From positions 248,001 through 312,000 of the forward strand of contig NIVC01000736.1 in the NCBI GenBank assembly GCA_002269645.1: 64,000 nt of DNA. Direction: 5' to 3'. How positions within the stretch are numbered: the stretch's first letter is position 1; each line of letters opens with the position of its first letter. The DNA is from Macrostomum lignano (taxonomy: Eukaryota). Of this stretch, positions 26,992 to 38,867 are shown piece by piece. Position numbers and translations under genes: made by a program. The notes under the pieces were generated by a model, which worked only from the letters and a program-made list of their open reading frames with translations, was not told the DNA's origin and searched no databases.

Positions 26992-29358
26992 TCAGCGGAA
27001 GCAGTTCGGCCAGTCGCCGCCGGTGCCATCGGCGCCATCAACGGGCAGCTTGTTGGCGCGGAACTCGGCCTGAGTGTGGCTGGAGTAGCACAGTTTGCAG
27101 GACATGACGCTGATGGACATGCGGCAAGCGTAGCAGATGACGCGGTCCCGGGAGCAGGGCAGGCGGTACCAGGCGTGCCGGGTGTCCTTGGCGTTGCACA
27201 GCTGGCAGCTGGACTCCGGCAGGGCTGCCAGCTGGCTGTAGGGGTCCAGGTCGGCCGGCAGGAACCAGCGGCGCCGCTTGGCGGAGGCCCTGGCGGCGGC
27301 GGTCTCGGCGGCGGCGGTCTGGGCGGCCCGCTTCCTGCGCCGGCGGAGGGCGAGAAAGTCGTCAAGGCGGAGCTTCAGCGCGGAGTTGAACACCGGGCGG
27401 CGGTCCTGGCGGTGGGGGGGGGGGCTGACAGCTGACATTCCTGCTGTGTCAGAAGTTCCCCTGTCTTTGTCTGACATTCCTGCTGTGTCAGAAGTTCCCT
27501 TATCTTCTGTCTGACATTCCTGCTGTGTCAGAAGTTTCCCTGTCTTCTGTCTGACATTCCTGCTGTGTCAGAAGTTCCCTTGTCTTCTGTCTGACATTCC
27601 TGCTGTGTCAGAAGTTCCCCTGTCTTCTGTCTGACATTCCTGCTGTGTCAGAAGTTCCCCTGTCTTCTGTCTGACATTCCTGCTGTGTCAGAAGTTCCCT
27701 TATCTTCTGTCTGACATTCCTGCTGTGTCAGAAGTTCCCATGTCTTCTGTCTGACATTCCTGCTGTGTCAGAAGTTCTCTTATCTTCTGTCTGACATTCC
27801 TGCTGTGTCAGAAGTTCCACTGTCTTCTGTCTGACATTCCTGCTGTGTCAGAAGTTCCCTTATCTTCTGTCTGACATTCCTGCTGTGTCAGAAGTTCCAC
27901 TGTCTTCTGTCTGACATTCCTGCTGTGTCAGAAGTTCCCTTATCTTCTGTCTGACATTCCTGCTGTGTCAGAAGTTCCCCTGTCTTCTGTCTGACATTCC
28001 TGCTGTGTCAGAAGTTCTCTTATCTTCTGTCTGACATTCCTGCTGTGTCAGAAGTTCCCCTGTCTTTGTCTGACATTCCTGCTGTGTCAGAAGTTCCCTT
28101 ATCTTCTGTCTGACATTCCTGCTGTGTCAGAAGTTCCCCTGTCTTCTGTCTGACATTCCTGCTGTGTCAGACGTTCCCTTGTCTTCTGTCTGACATTCCT
28201 GCTGTGTCAGAAGTTCCACTGTCTTCTGTCTGACATTCCTGCTGTGTCAGAAGTTCCACTGTCTTCTGTCTGACATTCCTGCTGTGTCAGAAGTCCCCTG
28301 TCTCCTGTCTGACATTTCATCTCAAACTTTGATTTGTCAAAGACTATTCTTAATCAAAGACATTGTCAGACAGTGCCATTGTCAGCCACCCATACTCAAC
28401 GCAACAAACCAACCTGCGTGAAGGCCAGCCCCGTGAAGGGGTCGCCGGTCTGCTGGCAGCGGGCCAGAGTGGCCTGGTCGATGCTCTTGCCGCAGGGCAG
28501 CAGCACCGGAGTCTGCATCAGCTCGCAGGTGATGGGATCCACGAACTCCTCAGGCGGGGTTGGCGAACGCGATGCGGACGGCGAAGTCACGTTCGGCGGC
28601 GGCGGCAGCGGCACGGGCGACATCAAAGGCGGCGACAACAGCGTCGGAGGAAGCAACGGCGGCGACATCAAAGACTGTAGCGGCAGCGGCGGCGGTGGCT
28701 TAGCGGCGACCCTGGCGGGCACCGCCAGCGGCTCGGGCGGGTCGGCCAGCAGGCGGAGGCCGCTGAAGGCCGGCAGGCAGCCGGGCTGCACGCTGGTGAT
28801 TCTCAGGACGGCGACTCGAACCCGGGCGCCGGCCGGAGGGGCCACATCGAAGCGGCAGCGGCGCATCTCGGCGGGGAAGCGGAGGCTGGCCAGGCGGACC
28901 AGGCCGGGGCAGGAGTCGAGCTCCGCCGCCAGCTGCCGGCTGTCGCTGCAGCCGCTGCCGCCGGACTTCAGCCGGGCGATGATGTCGGTCAGGCGCTGGG
29001 ACTGGGCGGCGGCTCCGAGCAGCTGGGCGGAGCGCAGGCGGTGCCGGGCGTAGGCGGGCCGGAGCTCCAGGCGGCGGAGGCGCACGCAGCGGTCCAGGCA
29101 GACGAAGACGTGCAGCGGCGGGCTGACGAAGCCGCAGGGCACCAGCTGGCGCTGCTGCGGCCGGGCGACCGCGAGAGCCGCCTGCGCCGTCTCGGCGTTG
29201 AGCAAAGCGCGGTCGCACAGCACCGTCGGGTTCAGGTCGAGCAGGTCGACCAGGCGACGCCGCTCAAGGTCGTCATCGTCGGCCGCCTCGCCGTCATCGG
29301 ACGCACGGGCGGCATAGAAGCAGGCAGAAGACGGTGGAGGCGGAGGCGGGAAGTCCAT
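26992..29358 (-). CDS. UBOX5: U-box/RING E3 ligase UBOX5 (RNF37) orthologue, 2 exons (28414-29358, 26992-27405), about 452 aa
   Basis: U-box [43 protein letters not shown]|[18 protein letters not shown] joined across a phase-0 GT-AG intron. C-terminal Cys-rich RING-like CQLC..PC..CYAC..CKLC and N-terminal [10 protein letters not shown] match the UBOX5 domain order. Confidence 0.88.
27431..28316. repeat. 40-bp hairpin minisatellite in the UBOX5 intron
   Basis: Unit CTGACATTCCTGCTGTGTCAGAAGTTCCCCTGTCTTCTGT with internal TCTGACA/TGTCAGA inverted repeat. Confidence 0.96.
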
Positions 29359-29444
29359 GGGCTGCCAGCCAGTTGGTGCAGGCTGGCTCGGGACAGCCGG
29401 TGGGGGGGGGGGGCGGGGTTGGCGTGACTTCTGGGGATTGCGAT

Positions 29445-30383
29445 TCTTTACGGTTGCTAGGGAATGCGATTCTCAACGGTTGCTAGGGAATGCGATTCTT
29501 CATGGTTGCTAGGGAATGCGATTCTTAACGGTTGCTAGGGAATGCGATTCTTAACGGTTGCTAGGGAATGCGATTCTCAACGGTTGCTAGGAAGTGGGAT
29601 TCTCAACGGTTGCTAGGGAATGCGATTCTTAACGGTTGCTAGGGAATGAGATTCTTTACGGTTGCTAGGGAATGCGATTCTTAACGGTTGCTAGGGAATG
29701 CGATTCTCAACGGTTGCTAGGAAGTGGGATTCTCAACGGTTGCTAGGGAATGCGATTCTCAACGGTTGCTAGGGAATACGATTCTTCACGGTTGCTCGGG
29801 AATGCGATTCTCAACGGTTCCTAGGGAATGCGATTCTTAACGGTTGCTAGGGAATGCGATTCTCAACGGTTGCTAGGGAATGCGATTCTTAACGGTTGCT
29901 AGGGAATGCGATTCTCAACGGTTCCTAGGGAATGCGATTCTCAAAGATTGCTAGGGAATGCGATTCTTAACGGTTGCTAGGGAATGCGATTCTCAACGGT
30001 TGCTAGGGAATGCGATTCTCAACGGTTGCTAGGGAATGCGATTCTCAACGGTTGCTAGGGAATGCGATTCTCAACGGTTGCTAGGAAGTGGGATTCTCAA
30101 CGGTTGCTAGGGAATGCGATTCTTAACGGTTGCTAGGGAATGCGATTCTCAACGGTTGCTAGGGAATGAGATTCTTCACGGTTGCTAGGGAATGCGATTC
30201 TCAAAGATTGCTAGGGAATGCGATTCTCAACGGTTGCTAGGGAATGCGATTCTCAAAGATTGCTAGGGAATGCGATTCTCAACGGTTGCTAGGGAATGCG
30301 ATTCTTCACGGTTGCTAGGGAATGCGATTCTCAAAGATTGCTAGGGAATGCGATTCTCAACGGTTGCTAGGGAATGCGATTCC
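29445..30383. repeat. 26-bp minisatellite (CGGTTGCTAGGGAATGCGATTCTCAA)n upstream of UBOX5
   Basis: Direct reading. Confidence 0.96.
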
Positions 30384-30867
30384 AATGGCTGGTAGGAGGG
30401 GCGACCCTCTTAGTTACTTTACTTTTATATGGTTAAAGAACTGTCAAGGGTTAAAAGCAAAACTCAATTCAGTCCATGGCTTCAGTCGCAGTTCAGAAAT
30501 AAAAGACTCCAGCAAAGACAAGGTGGAAAGCAGCTTGTACAATCTGAAGCACAAGCTCAACATCACATTTTTTAAGATTTCAAAAGCATTCTTAACAAAA
30601 GCAATTCAGACAAGTAAATGAGCGCTGTAACGGCTTGCAGTTTGAAATCAATTAGAAAACATCAATAGAAAAGTTGATTTAACAAAGATTCCGCACATGT
30701 TAAGAACAGGAGGCAGCGCTGGAGACAGAAGAGGCAGATAGGAACCAAGGAGACGAATAAGTAACTTGTCAGATCCATGAATTGTAAAATTATTTTATAA
30801 AGTAGAAAACTAATTTTTTATCCTTGAATTCACAGAGTTGTGACCTTGCAAAAAAGGTTAACTTTTA

Positions 30868-31968
30868 AAGGACAGGGGGAGAGGACAAGGTGAGAGGGGG
30901 AGAGGACAAGGTGAGAGGGGGAGAGGACAGGTTGAGAGGGGAGGATAGGGTGAGAAGGGGAGAGGACAGGGTGAGAGAGGGAGAGGACAGGTTGAGAGGG
31001 GAGGATAGGGTGAGAAGGGGAGAGGACAGGGTGAGAGGGGAGGACAGGGTGAGTAGGGGAGAGGATAGGGTGAGAAGGGGAGAGGACAGGGTGAGAGAGG
31101 GAGAGGACAGGGTGAGAGAGGGAGAGGACAGGGTAAGAGGGGGAGAGGACAGGGTGAGAGGGGGAGAGGACAGGGTGAGAGGGGGAGAGGACAGGGTGAG
31201 AGAGGGAGGGGACAGGGTGAGAGAGGGAGAGGACAGGGTGAGAGGGGGAGAGGACAGGGTGAGAGAGGGAGAGGACAGGGTGAGAGAGGGAGAGGACAGG
31301 GTGAGAGGGGGAGAGGACAGGGTGAGAGGGGGAGAGGACAGGGTGAGAGGGGGAGAGGACAGGGTGAGAGAGGGAGGGGACAGGGTGAGAGAGGGAGAGG
31401 ACAGGGTGAGAGGGGGAGAGGACAGGGTGAGAGAGGGAGGGGACAGGGTGAGAGAGGGAGAGGACAGGGTGAGAGGGGGAGAGGACAGGGTGAGAGAGGG
31501 AGAGGACAGGGTGAGAGAGGGAGAGGACAGGGTGAGAGGGGGAGAGGACAGTGTGAGAGGGGGAGAGGACAGGGTGAGAGAGGGAGAGGACAGGGTGAGA
31601 GAGGGAGAGGACAGGGTGAGAGGGGGAGAGGACAGGGTGAGAGGGGAGAGGACAGGGTGAGAGGGGGAGAGGACAGGGTGAGAGGGGGAGAGGACAGGGT
31701 GAGAGGGGGAGAGGACAGGGTGAGAGGGGGAGAGGACAGGGTGAGGGGGAGAGGACAGGGTGAGAGGGGGAGAGGACAGGGTGAGGGGGGAGAGGACAGG
31801 GTGAGAGGGGGAGAGGACAGGGTGAGAGGGGGAGAGGACAGGGTGAGAGGGGGAGAGGACAGGGTGAGAGGGGGAGAGGACAGGGTGAGAGGGGGAGAGG
31901 ACAGGGTGAGAGGGGGAGAGGACAGGGTGAGAGGGAGAGAGGACAGGGTGAGGGGGGGGGGTGAGGAC
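30868..31968. repeat. 20-21-bp purine-rich minisatellite (GGAGAGGACAGGGTGAGAGG)n
   Basis: Direct reading. Confidence 0.96.
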
Positions 31969-32476
31969 ATAGCAGAAAGCAATTAGCAGTGAAGCAGCTG
32001 CCAAACGTACAGTGGCAGAAAGCTGGGCATCCGAGAAAAGCACAAGGAGTTGCCAAATTTCAGAGTGAGCATAGAAAAAGCAGATATAAAAGAACAGAAA
32101 AGATTGCAAGTGTTTTTCAGAGCGACAAGACAGGCCTCTGATCGCAATCAAGCAATCAATTAAACATTGGAGATAATCTATTAAACATTGGAGATAAATC
32201 TACAAGCCAAGGAGCAAAAGTGAGCAAATTTAGGTGCTACATCTAGCTCGTAGGTGCCAAATTCTGTGCACTCGCAGACTGAATGGATGCTCAACTGGCG
32301 TCTCGAATGCTTTGGAGGGCCTCGACTGGCAAAGACAAATCGCTTGGCCCTGTTCGTTGCATAGAAAAGTAAAAAATAGCACAGATTTTTATTGCATTTG
32401 ATTGCAAACATGAAACACCAGCGATGGTACCGACGTACAGAAGGCGGCTGTCTTTGCCTTAACGAAAGGGTTTTTG

Positions 32477-33545
32477 GAACTGTTTAGAGCGATTCTTAGA
32501 AACTGTTTAGAGCGATTCTTAGAAACTGTTTAAAGCGATTCTTAGAAACTGTTTAAAGCGATTCTTAGAAACTGTTTAAAGCGATTCTTAGGAACTGTTC
32601 AGAGCGATTCTTAGAAACTGTTTAGAGCGATTCTTAGAAACTGTTTAAAGCGATTCTTAGAAACTGTTTAAAGCGATTCTTAGAAACTGTTTAGAGCGAT
32701 TCTTAGAAACTGTTCAGAGCGATTCTTAGAAACTGTTCAGAGCGATTCTTAGAAACTATTTAAAGCGATTCTTAGAAACTGTTTAAAGCGATTCTTAGAA
32801 ACTGTTTAAAGCGATTCTTAGAAACAGTTTAAATCGATTCTTAGAAACTGTTTAAAACGATTCTTAGAAACTATTAAAAGCGATTCTTAGAAACTGTTTA
32901 AAGCGATTCTTAGAAACTGTTTAAAGCGATTCTTAGAAACTTTTTAAAGCGATTCTTAGAAACTGTTTAGAGCGATTTTTAGAAACTGTTTAAAGCGATT
33001 CTTAGAAACTGTTTAAAGCGATTCTTAGAAACTGTTTAAAGCGATTCTTAGAAACTGTTTAAAGCGATTCTTAGGAACTGTTCAGAGCGATTCTTAGAAA
33101 CTGTTTAGAGCGATTCTTAGAAACTGTTTAAGGCGATTCTTAGAAACTGTTTAAAACGATTCTTAGAAACTATTTAAAGCGATTCTTAGAAACTGTTTAA
33201 AGCGATTCTTAGAAACTATTTAAAGCGATTCTTAGAAACTGTTTAAAGCGATTCTTAGAAACTGTTTAAAGCGATTCTTAGAAACTGTTTAAAGCGATTC
33301 TTAGAAACTGCTTAAAGCGATTCTTAGAAACTGTTCAGAGCGATTCTTAGAAACTATTTAAAGCGATTCTTAGAAACTTTTCAGAGCGATTCTTAGAAAC
33401 TATTTAAAGCGATTCTTAGAAACTGTTCAGAGCGATTCTTAGAAACTGTTCAGAGCGATTCTTAGAAACTGTTCAGAGCGATTCTTAGAAACTGTTCAGA
33501 GCGATTCTTAAAAACTGTTCAGAGCGATTCTTAGAAACTGTTCGG
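32477..33545. repeat. 23-bp minisatellite (GAAACTGTTTAAAGCGATTCTTA)n
   Basis: Direct reading. Confidence 0.96.
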
Positions 33546-33713
33546 AGCTTGGAAAACTTGGAATTCTTGCAAAAAATTTTTGCGCTAGAGGCAATTCAAG
33601 AAACTGATTGGGATGATGGCAATTCTGAGGATCAGATCAGGCCGATTCTCAGGATTCTCAGCGGCAGTTCAGCTCAAGGAATGCCTCATCAGCAAGGAAC
33701 AATGAGCTGTTGG

Positions 33714-35253
33714 TCACGCAGTCAGACCGCCCAGTGCCTGAACGCGGCGGTAGATCTCGGCCTGAACTGCCAGCGGCAGGCAGCATTCGGAGAACAGCTG
33801 GTAGAGGCCGCTGGGGCTGCCGCCATTTGACGAAGTGTCGCGCAGCACTACTGTTAGTAGAGGAAACACGCGCGTCTGCGAGTAGCAAGTTTTGGTTGTT
33901 GCAGAAATTAGGGAATTTTCATAGCTATTTTTGTAATTAAAGAAATCTGTGGTATACAATACAGAAGTCGTAACCTTTGATAAAGAACTTGTAATGTACC
34001 ATAGAGAGCCTGTGTAATGTACCATAGAGAGCCTGTACTGTACCAAAGAGAGCCTGTACTGTACCATAGAGAGCCTGTACTGTACCAAAGAGAGCCTGTA
34101 CTGTACCATAGAGAGCCTGTACTGTACCAAAGAGAGCCTGTACTGTACCATAGAGAGCCTGTACTGTACCAAAGAGAGCCTGTACTGTACCATAGAGAGC
34201 CTGTACTGTACCAAAGAGAGCCTGTACTGTACCATAGAGAGCCTGTACTGTACCATAGAGAGCCTGTACTGTACCAAAGAGAGCCTGTGTACTGTACTAC
34301 AGAGAGCCTGTACTGTACCAAAGAGAGCCTGTACTGTACCATAGAGAGCCTGTACTGTACCAAAGAGAGCCTGTGTACTGTACTACAGAGAGCCTGTACT
34401 GTACCATAGAGAGCCTGTACTGTACCATAGAGAGTCTATACTGTACCATAGAGCCTGTAATGTACCATAGAGAGCCTGTAATGTACCATAGAGAGCCAAT
34501 CCCGGAGTCCCTAACCGGACTCACAAAGGTGACGAACTCGTGCACAATGATGTCCCGCACAGCCTGAGCCGGTATGAACCGGGCCCTTACAGTTTGGCCT
34601 CGCCGGTCCAGCCGGCAGTGCTGCAGGCCGAGGCCCGGCGCCAGCAGCAGGGTCTCGCCGGAGGTCTCGGCGCCGGCACGGAGGCAGAAGCCGCCGCCAG
34701 CCAGAGCAGCGGAGTGGAGCAGCAGCAGGAGCAGCGCCAGGCAGCAGAGGCCGGCAGGCAGGCCCGGCACGGACCAGAGCTGCCAGCCCAGCCGGTGCCA
34801 CTGAGACCTGCTGCTGGAGGCGGCACCGAAGGTTGCTGCCGAGGTGGACAGCAGGCAGAGCAGCAGCGGGCAGAGGCTCACCAGGCCCAGCCGGGTGACG
34901 CTGGCGGCGATTCGCCAGCCGACGCGCCGATTGTCGACGTCGTCGGCTGAACTGCGGCGGACGCAGACTCGGAGAAGGCCGCCGCCGCCGCCGCCGCCGC
35001 TCAGCCGCTGAATCCGCAGTCGGCAACCGCAGGACAGTCGGCGCCAAGTCGTGCAGTCGGTCTTGCTGTCGTTCTCGGCTGCTGTCGATGTCGGCGACTC
35101 CGTCGTTGTCGTCGAGGTCGCTGACGACTGCAGGCTGTTGACGACGGCAGCCGCCACGGTGGCGGCGGCGGATGAAGCGACGACAGCGGGATCGCCGGCC
35201 ACCGAGGCAGCTGCGGCGGCTGCGGCCAGAGCGGCGACAATTGCGGGCTTCAA
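33714..35253 (-). CDS. PIGH: GPI-GlcNAc transferase subunit H (PIG-H), 2 visible exons (34525-about 35253, 33714-33875); start unresolved
   Basis: CGCRLRIQRL, two hydrophobic segments, then ETLLLAPGLGLQ..RFIPAQAVRDIIVHEFVTF|TRVFPLLTVVLRD..LYQLFSECCLPLAVQAEIYRRVQ, which follows the PIG-H pattern. Phase-0 GTGAGT/CAG intron. Confidence 0.8.
33990..34497. repeat. 21-bp minisatellite (TGTACCATAGAGAGCCTGTAC)n in the PIGH intron
   Basis: Direct reading. Confidence 0.95.
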
Positions 35254-35694
35254 AGATGGGCGGCGGGCTCAGGCGAAGGTCTGCGGCGGCCGGAGCTGCG
35301 GGGGGCGGGCGAAGCAGCCAGTTTTGCAGAGCCGCTGCTGACTGAGCAGATATTGGTGTATAAAATAAGAATAGACCACACAGCTGTGCTCCGCCCGAGT
35401 TCAAGCATACTGAACAGCTCAATGTGTATTTTGCGTATTGAAATATGGCAATTAAATTCAAATTCGCGCCAAAAAGAGCATAGTTAAACAAGCGACACGC
35501 ACACAGACGCGCACAGGTATGAATTGGAATACAAATAATTTAATTGCGAAAATACGAGAGATCAATAATTCTTAATGTGCATCATTTTGACATATTGAAC
35601 GGAATTAATGAGTTGGAAATTATGCCATATAAAGAGTTGAGTATGAGTATTCAATATACAGTCAGGGAGTGCCCAATTCATCCATGAGTACATT

Positions 35695-36190
35695 GCCAGG
35701 AGAGTGCCCAATATGACCAGTGTCATTGGAGTGCCCAATATGAGTGCCCAATATGGCCAGTGTCATTGGAGTGCCCAATATGAGTGCCCAATATGACCAG
35801 TGTCATTGGAGTGCCCAATATGAGTGCCCAATATGACCAGTGTCATTGGAGTGCCCAATATGACCAGTGTCATTGGAGTGCTCAATATGAGTGTCCAATA
35901 TGACCAGTGTCATTGGAGTGCCCAATATGAGTGCCCAATATGACCAGTGTCATTGGAGTGCCCAATATTACCAGTGTCATTGGAATGCGCAATATGACCA
36001 GTGTCATTGGAGTGCCCAATATGACCAGTGTCATTGGAGTGCCCAATTATGACGAGTGTCATTGGAGTGCCCAATTATGACGAGTGTCATTGGAGTGCCC
36101 AATATAACCAGTGTCATTGGAGTGCCCAATATGACCAGTGTCATTGGAGTGCCCAATATGACGAGTGTCATTCGAGTGCCCAATATGACA
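35695..36190. repeat. 27-bp minisatellite (TGACCAGTGTCATTGGAGTGCCCAATA)n
   Basis: Direct reading; between BLOC1S1 and PIGH. Confidence 0.93.
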
Positions 36191-36304
36191 TCTCGGGAGA
36201 GTGACCAATATGGTGCATCGGGAGAGTTCTCAATACATGTGTCGGGAGAGTGCCCAATAGGATGTTTTGGGAGAGTGCCTAATGTGTCAGGAGAGTGCCA
36301 GAAG

Positions 36305-36682
36305 TCACAGGGCCTGCGCCTGTCCGTGCTCAGCATAAGCGCTCTCTAGCGCGCCCACCACAATCCGCATGTCCCTCTCCATGCTCCGGGCCCAGTTCTC
36401 AACGTCTCCCATCTCCTTGAGCGCGGAGTTGAGGTCCTCGACCAGCTTGATCCACTGGCCGGTCTGGCGGGCGAAGGTGGTGACGCTGGCTTGCAGGGCT
36501 TTGGTCTCGCAGTCCAGCCTGCGCTGGTTGGCGTAGGCCTGCGCCACCCCGCTGTTCAGCCCGTCCACCAGAGCAGTTGTCAAGGACGCTACACCGGTTG
36601 CCACCTCGGCACGGCGGGCGTCCTGGGCAGCCCGACGCTGCGACTGCAGGCGCTGGTGCTCTTTGAGCAGGCTGGACAGCAT
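36305..36682 (-). CDS. BLOC1S1: BLOC-1 subunit 1 (GCN5L1), single exon, 125 aa
   Basis: MLSSLLKEHQ..LVDGLNSGVAQAYANQRRLDCETKALQ..WIKLVEDLNSALKEMGDVENWARSMERDMRIVVGALESAY is the BLOS1 signature. Confidence 0.96.
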   Translation of the reverse strand: MLSSLLKEHQRLQSQRRAAQDARRAEVATGVASLTTALVDGLNSGVAQAYANQRRLDCETKALQASVTTFARQTGQWIKLVEDLNSALKEMGDVENWARSMERDMRIVVGALESAYAEHGQAQAL

Positions 36683-36769
36683 GGCCGACAGATGCTATGC
36701 GATATTTGCTGCGGATATACTACTGACTAACTGCAGACCTGTCAGTAGCTGCAATGGAGTTTTTTTGAA

Positions 36770-37062
36770 AAAAATGAATACTTTCCTTACAGTAGAAGGG
36801 CCGATTCTCGGGGTAGAAGGGCCGATTCTGAGGGTAGAAGGGCCGATTCCCAGGGTAGAAGGGCCGATTCTCAGGGTAGAAAGGCCGATTCTCAGGGTAG
36901 AAGGGCCGATTCCCAGGGTAGAAGGGCCGATTCTCAGGGTAGAAAGGCCGATTCTCAGGGTAGAAGGGCCGATTCTCAGGGTAGAACGACCGATTCTGAG
37001 AGTAGAAGGGCCGATTCTCAGGGTAGAAGGACCGATTCTCAGGGTAGAAGGACCGATTCTGG
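36770..37062. repeat. 21-bp minisatellite (AGGGTAGAAGGGCCGATTCTC)n
   Basis: Direct reading; between CK2-beta and BLOC1S1. Confidence 0.95.
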
Positions 37063-37478
37063 GATACTGCAGTTTTCAAATGAAAGAAAAGAAACAAAAA
37101 TTAGGTCAAAACTGTTTTTAAAAGCTCAATTTAACAAACATTGCCCACTCGAACCGAGGTGAACTTCCTGACATCGGGTGACAAGAAAGATCATTAAAAA
37201 AAACAAAAGTAGGCAGAGAAAAGCATTAAAAATAAATTTATAATCCTGCGGGTTGGCTGAGATTACAGGACAATCCATCAACTACCATTTATGGAAAGCA
37301 TAATAACGCTGACCTCAGCATAGTATGGAATTAAAATTTTCAAATTTGAGCACAGAGGGTGGGCAACTGAGACAGGCTTGGAATCTTCAGTCCATAGAAA
37401 TGCGGGCCATTCAGTGTGGATTTGCAGTTGAACTTTCCGAATGCAGAAGAAAGGCCAAGGTTCAAGCTAAACAATCTG

Positions 37479-38848
37479 TCACGGCTTGAATGCGGGACAG
37501 GCGGCGGCAGCGGCGGCTCCAGCGGTCACGGCTGTCGACCCGGGGTTGCCGCTGGTGCCGATGCCGGAGTCGCGGTGCTGCCGCTGGGCGCCGGCGGCCG
37601 CCGCCTGCTGCAGCTGATAGGCCAGCGGGTGAATCTTGAAGCCGTACAGGCTGGGCGCAAACTGATTGGCTGGCGGCTTGGGCCGGCATTCCGGATGGGA
37701 TAAAAATAGCAAATGGGGAAACCCTGTGCCAAAGTAGGCGCCGTCGACGTGCAAGTGGCGGGACGAGTTGGGGACGTACACCTCCATGCAGCGGGGGCAG
37801 TACACCTTTACCGTGGCCTCACCTGGGATGTCCGACAGACCTGCGGGTTGATCGATGAGCATTATTGAATAGGCCTTTTCCCTGCAGCCTTGACTTGGCA
37901 AAAAGTGGAAAAACAACCGCTCCCCCCTGGAACCCACAGAAACACCTGGAAACCACCGCTCCCCCTGGAACCCACAGAAACACCTGGAAACCACCGCTCC
38001 CCCCTGGAACCCACAGAAACACCTGGAAACCACCGCTCCCCCCTGGAACCCACAGAAACACCTGGAAACCACCGCTCCCCCCTGGAACCCACAGAAACAC
38101 CTGGAAACCACCGCTCCCCCCTGGAACCCACAGAAACACCTGGAAACCACCGCTCCCCCCTGGAAACCACAGAAACACCTGGAAACCACCGCTCCCCCTG
38201 AACCCACAGGAACAGCTGGAAACCACCGCTCCCCCTGAACCCACAGGAACAGCTGGAAACCACCGCTCCCCCTGAAACTGTTCACCAACAGGCACAGGAA
38301 CACCTGGAAATCGCTCACCAACAGGCACAGGAACACCTGGAAATCGCTCACCAACAGGCACAGGAGCACCTGGAAATCGCTCACCAACAGGCACAGGAAC
38401 ACGTCTGAACACCTGGAAATCGCTCACCAACAGGCACAGGAATACCTGGAAATCGCTCACCAACAGGTAAAACCCGCTGTTTTTCGCAGAAGACACGGCG
38501 GCAGACTCCAAAGTGGCCCAGCATCCACTTGGCCACCATCTGCGGCATGCCCTGGACGGACATGATGAAGCGCACGTGAATCAAGCCGTACAGCAGCTCG
38601 GCACTCCGCTGCAGAGTCTCCAGCTGCGGGTCGTCGCTGGCCAAGTCCAGCTGTTCCGGGCCATCAAGCAGGAGCTTCATGGCCCGATGGTAGTTCGGCA
38701 CCGCCGTGCCCAGTCCAGTGAGGTTGAAGCGGTCCCTGATGTAGTCCTCGTCTACTTTGCAGAAGAACTCGTTGCCTGGCCGGTCGCAGAACTCGGCAAT
38801 CCAGTTTGCCGCGGCGCTGGCGGGACTGTCGCTGTCAACCATTCGCAT
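37479..38848 (-). CDS. CSNK2B: Casein kinase II beta subunit (divergent), 2 exons (38461-38848, 37479-37840), 249 aa
   Basis: [38 protein letters not shown], zinc ligands CRRVFC and [25 protein letters not shown]. Phase-1 intron inside VLPVG|LSDIPG. Confidence 0.93.
37912..38467. repeat. Compound CK2-beta intron array: ~39-bp unit (37912-38278) plus 33-bp donor-spanning unit (38279-38467)
   Basis: Direct reading; both units share AACACCTGGAAA. Confidence 0.93.
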
Positions 38849-38867
38849 TGGCGGCCGGCGAGCATGC

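Noticed and set aside
27431-28316. Palindromic 40-bp repeats resembling a CRISPR array
   Set aside because: No unique spacers, no cas genes, and it lies inside a spliceosomal intron of UBOX5.
30830-32151. Several 250-430-aa low-complexity ORFs
   Set aside because: Products of the purine-rich minisatellite.
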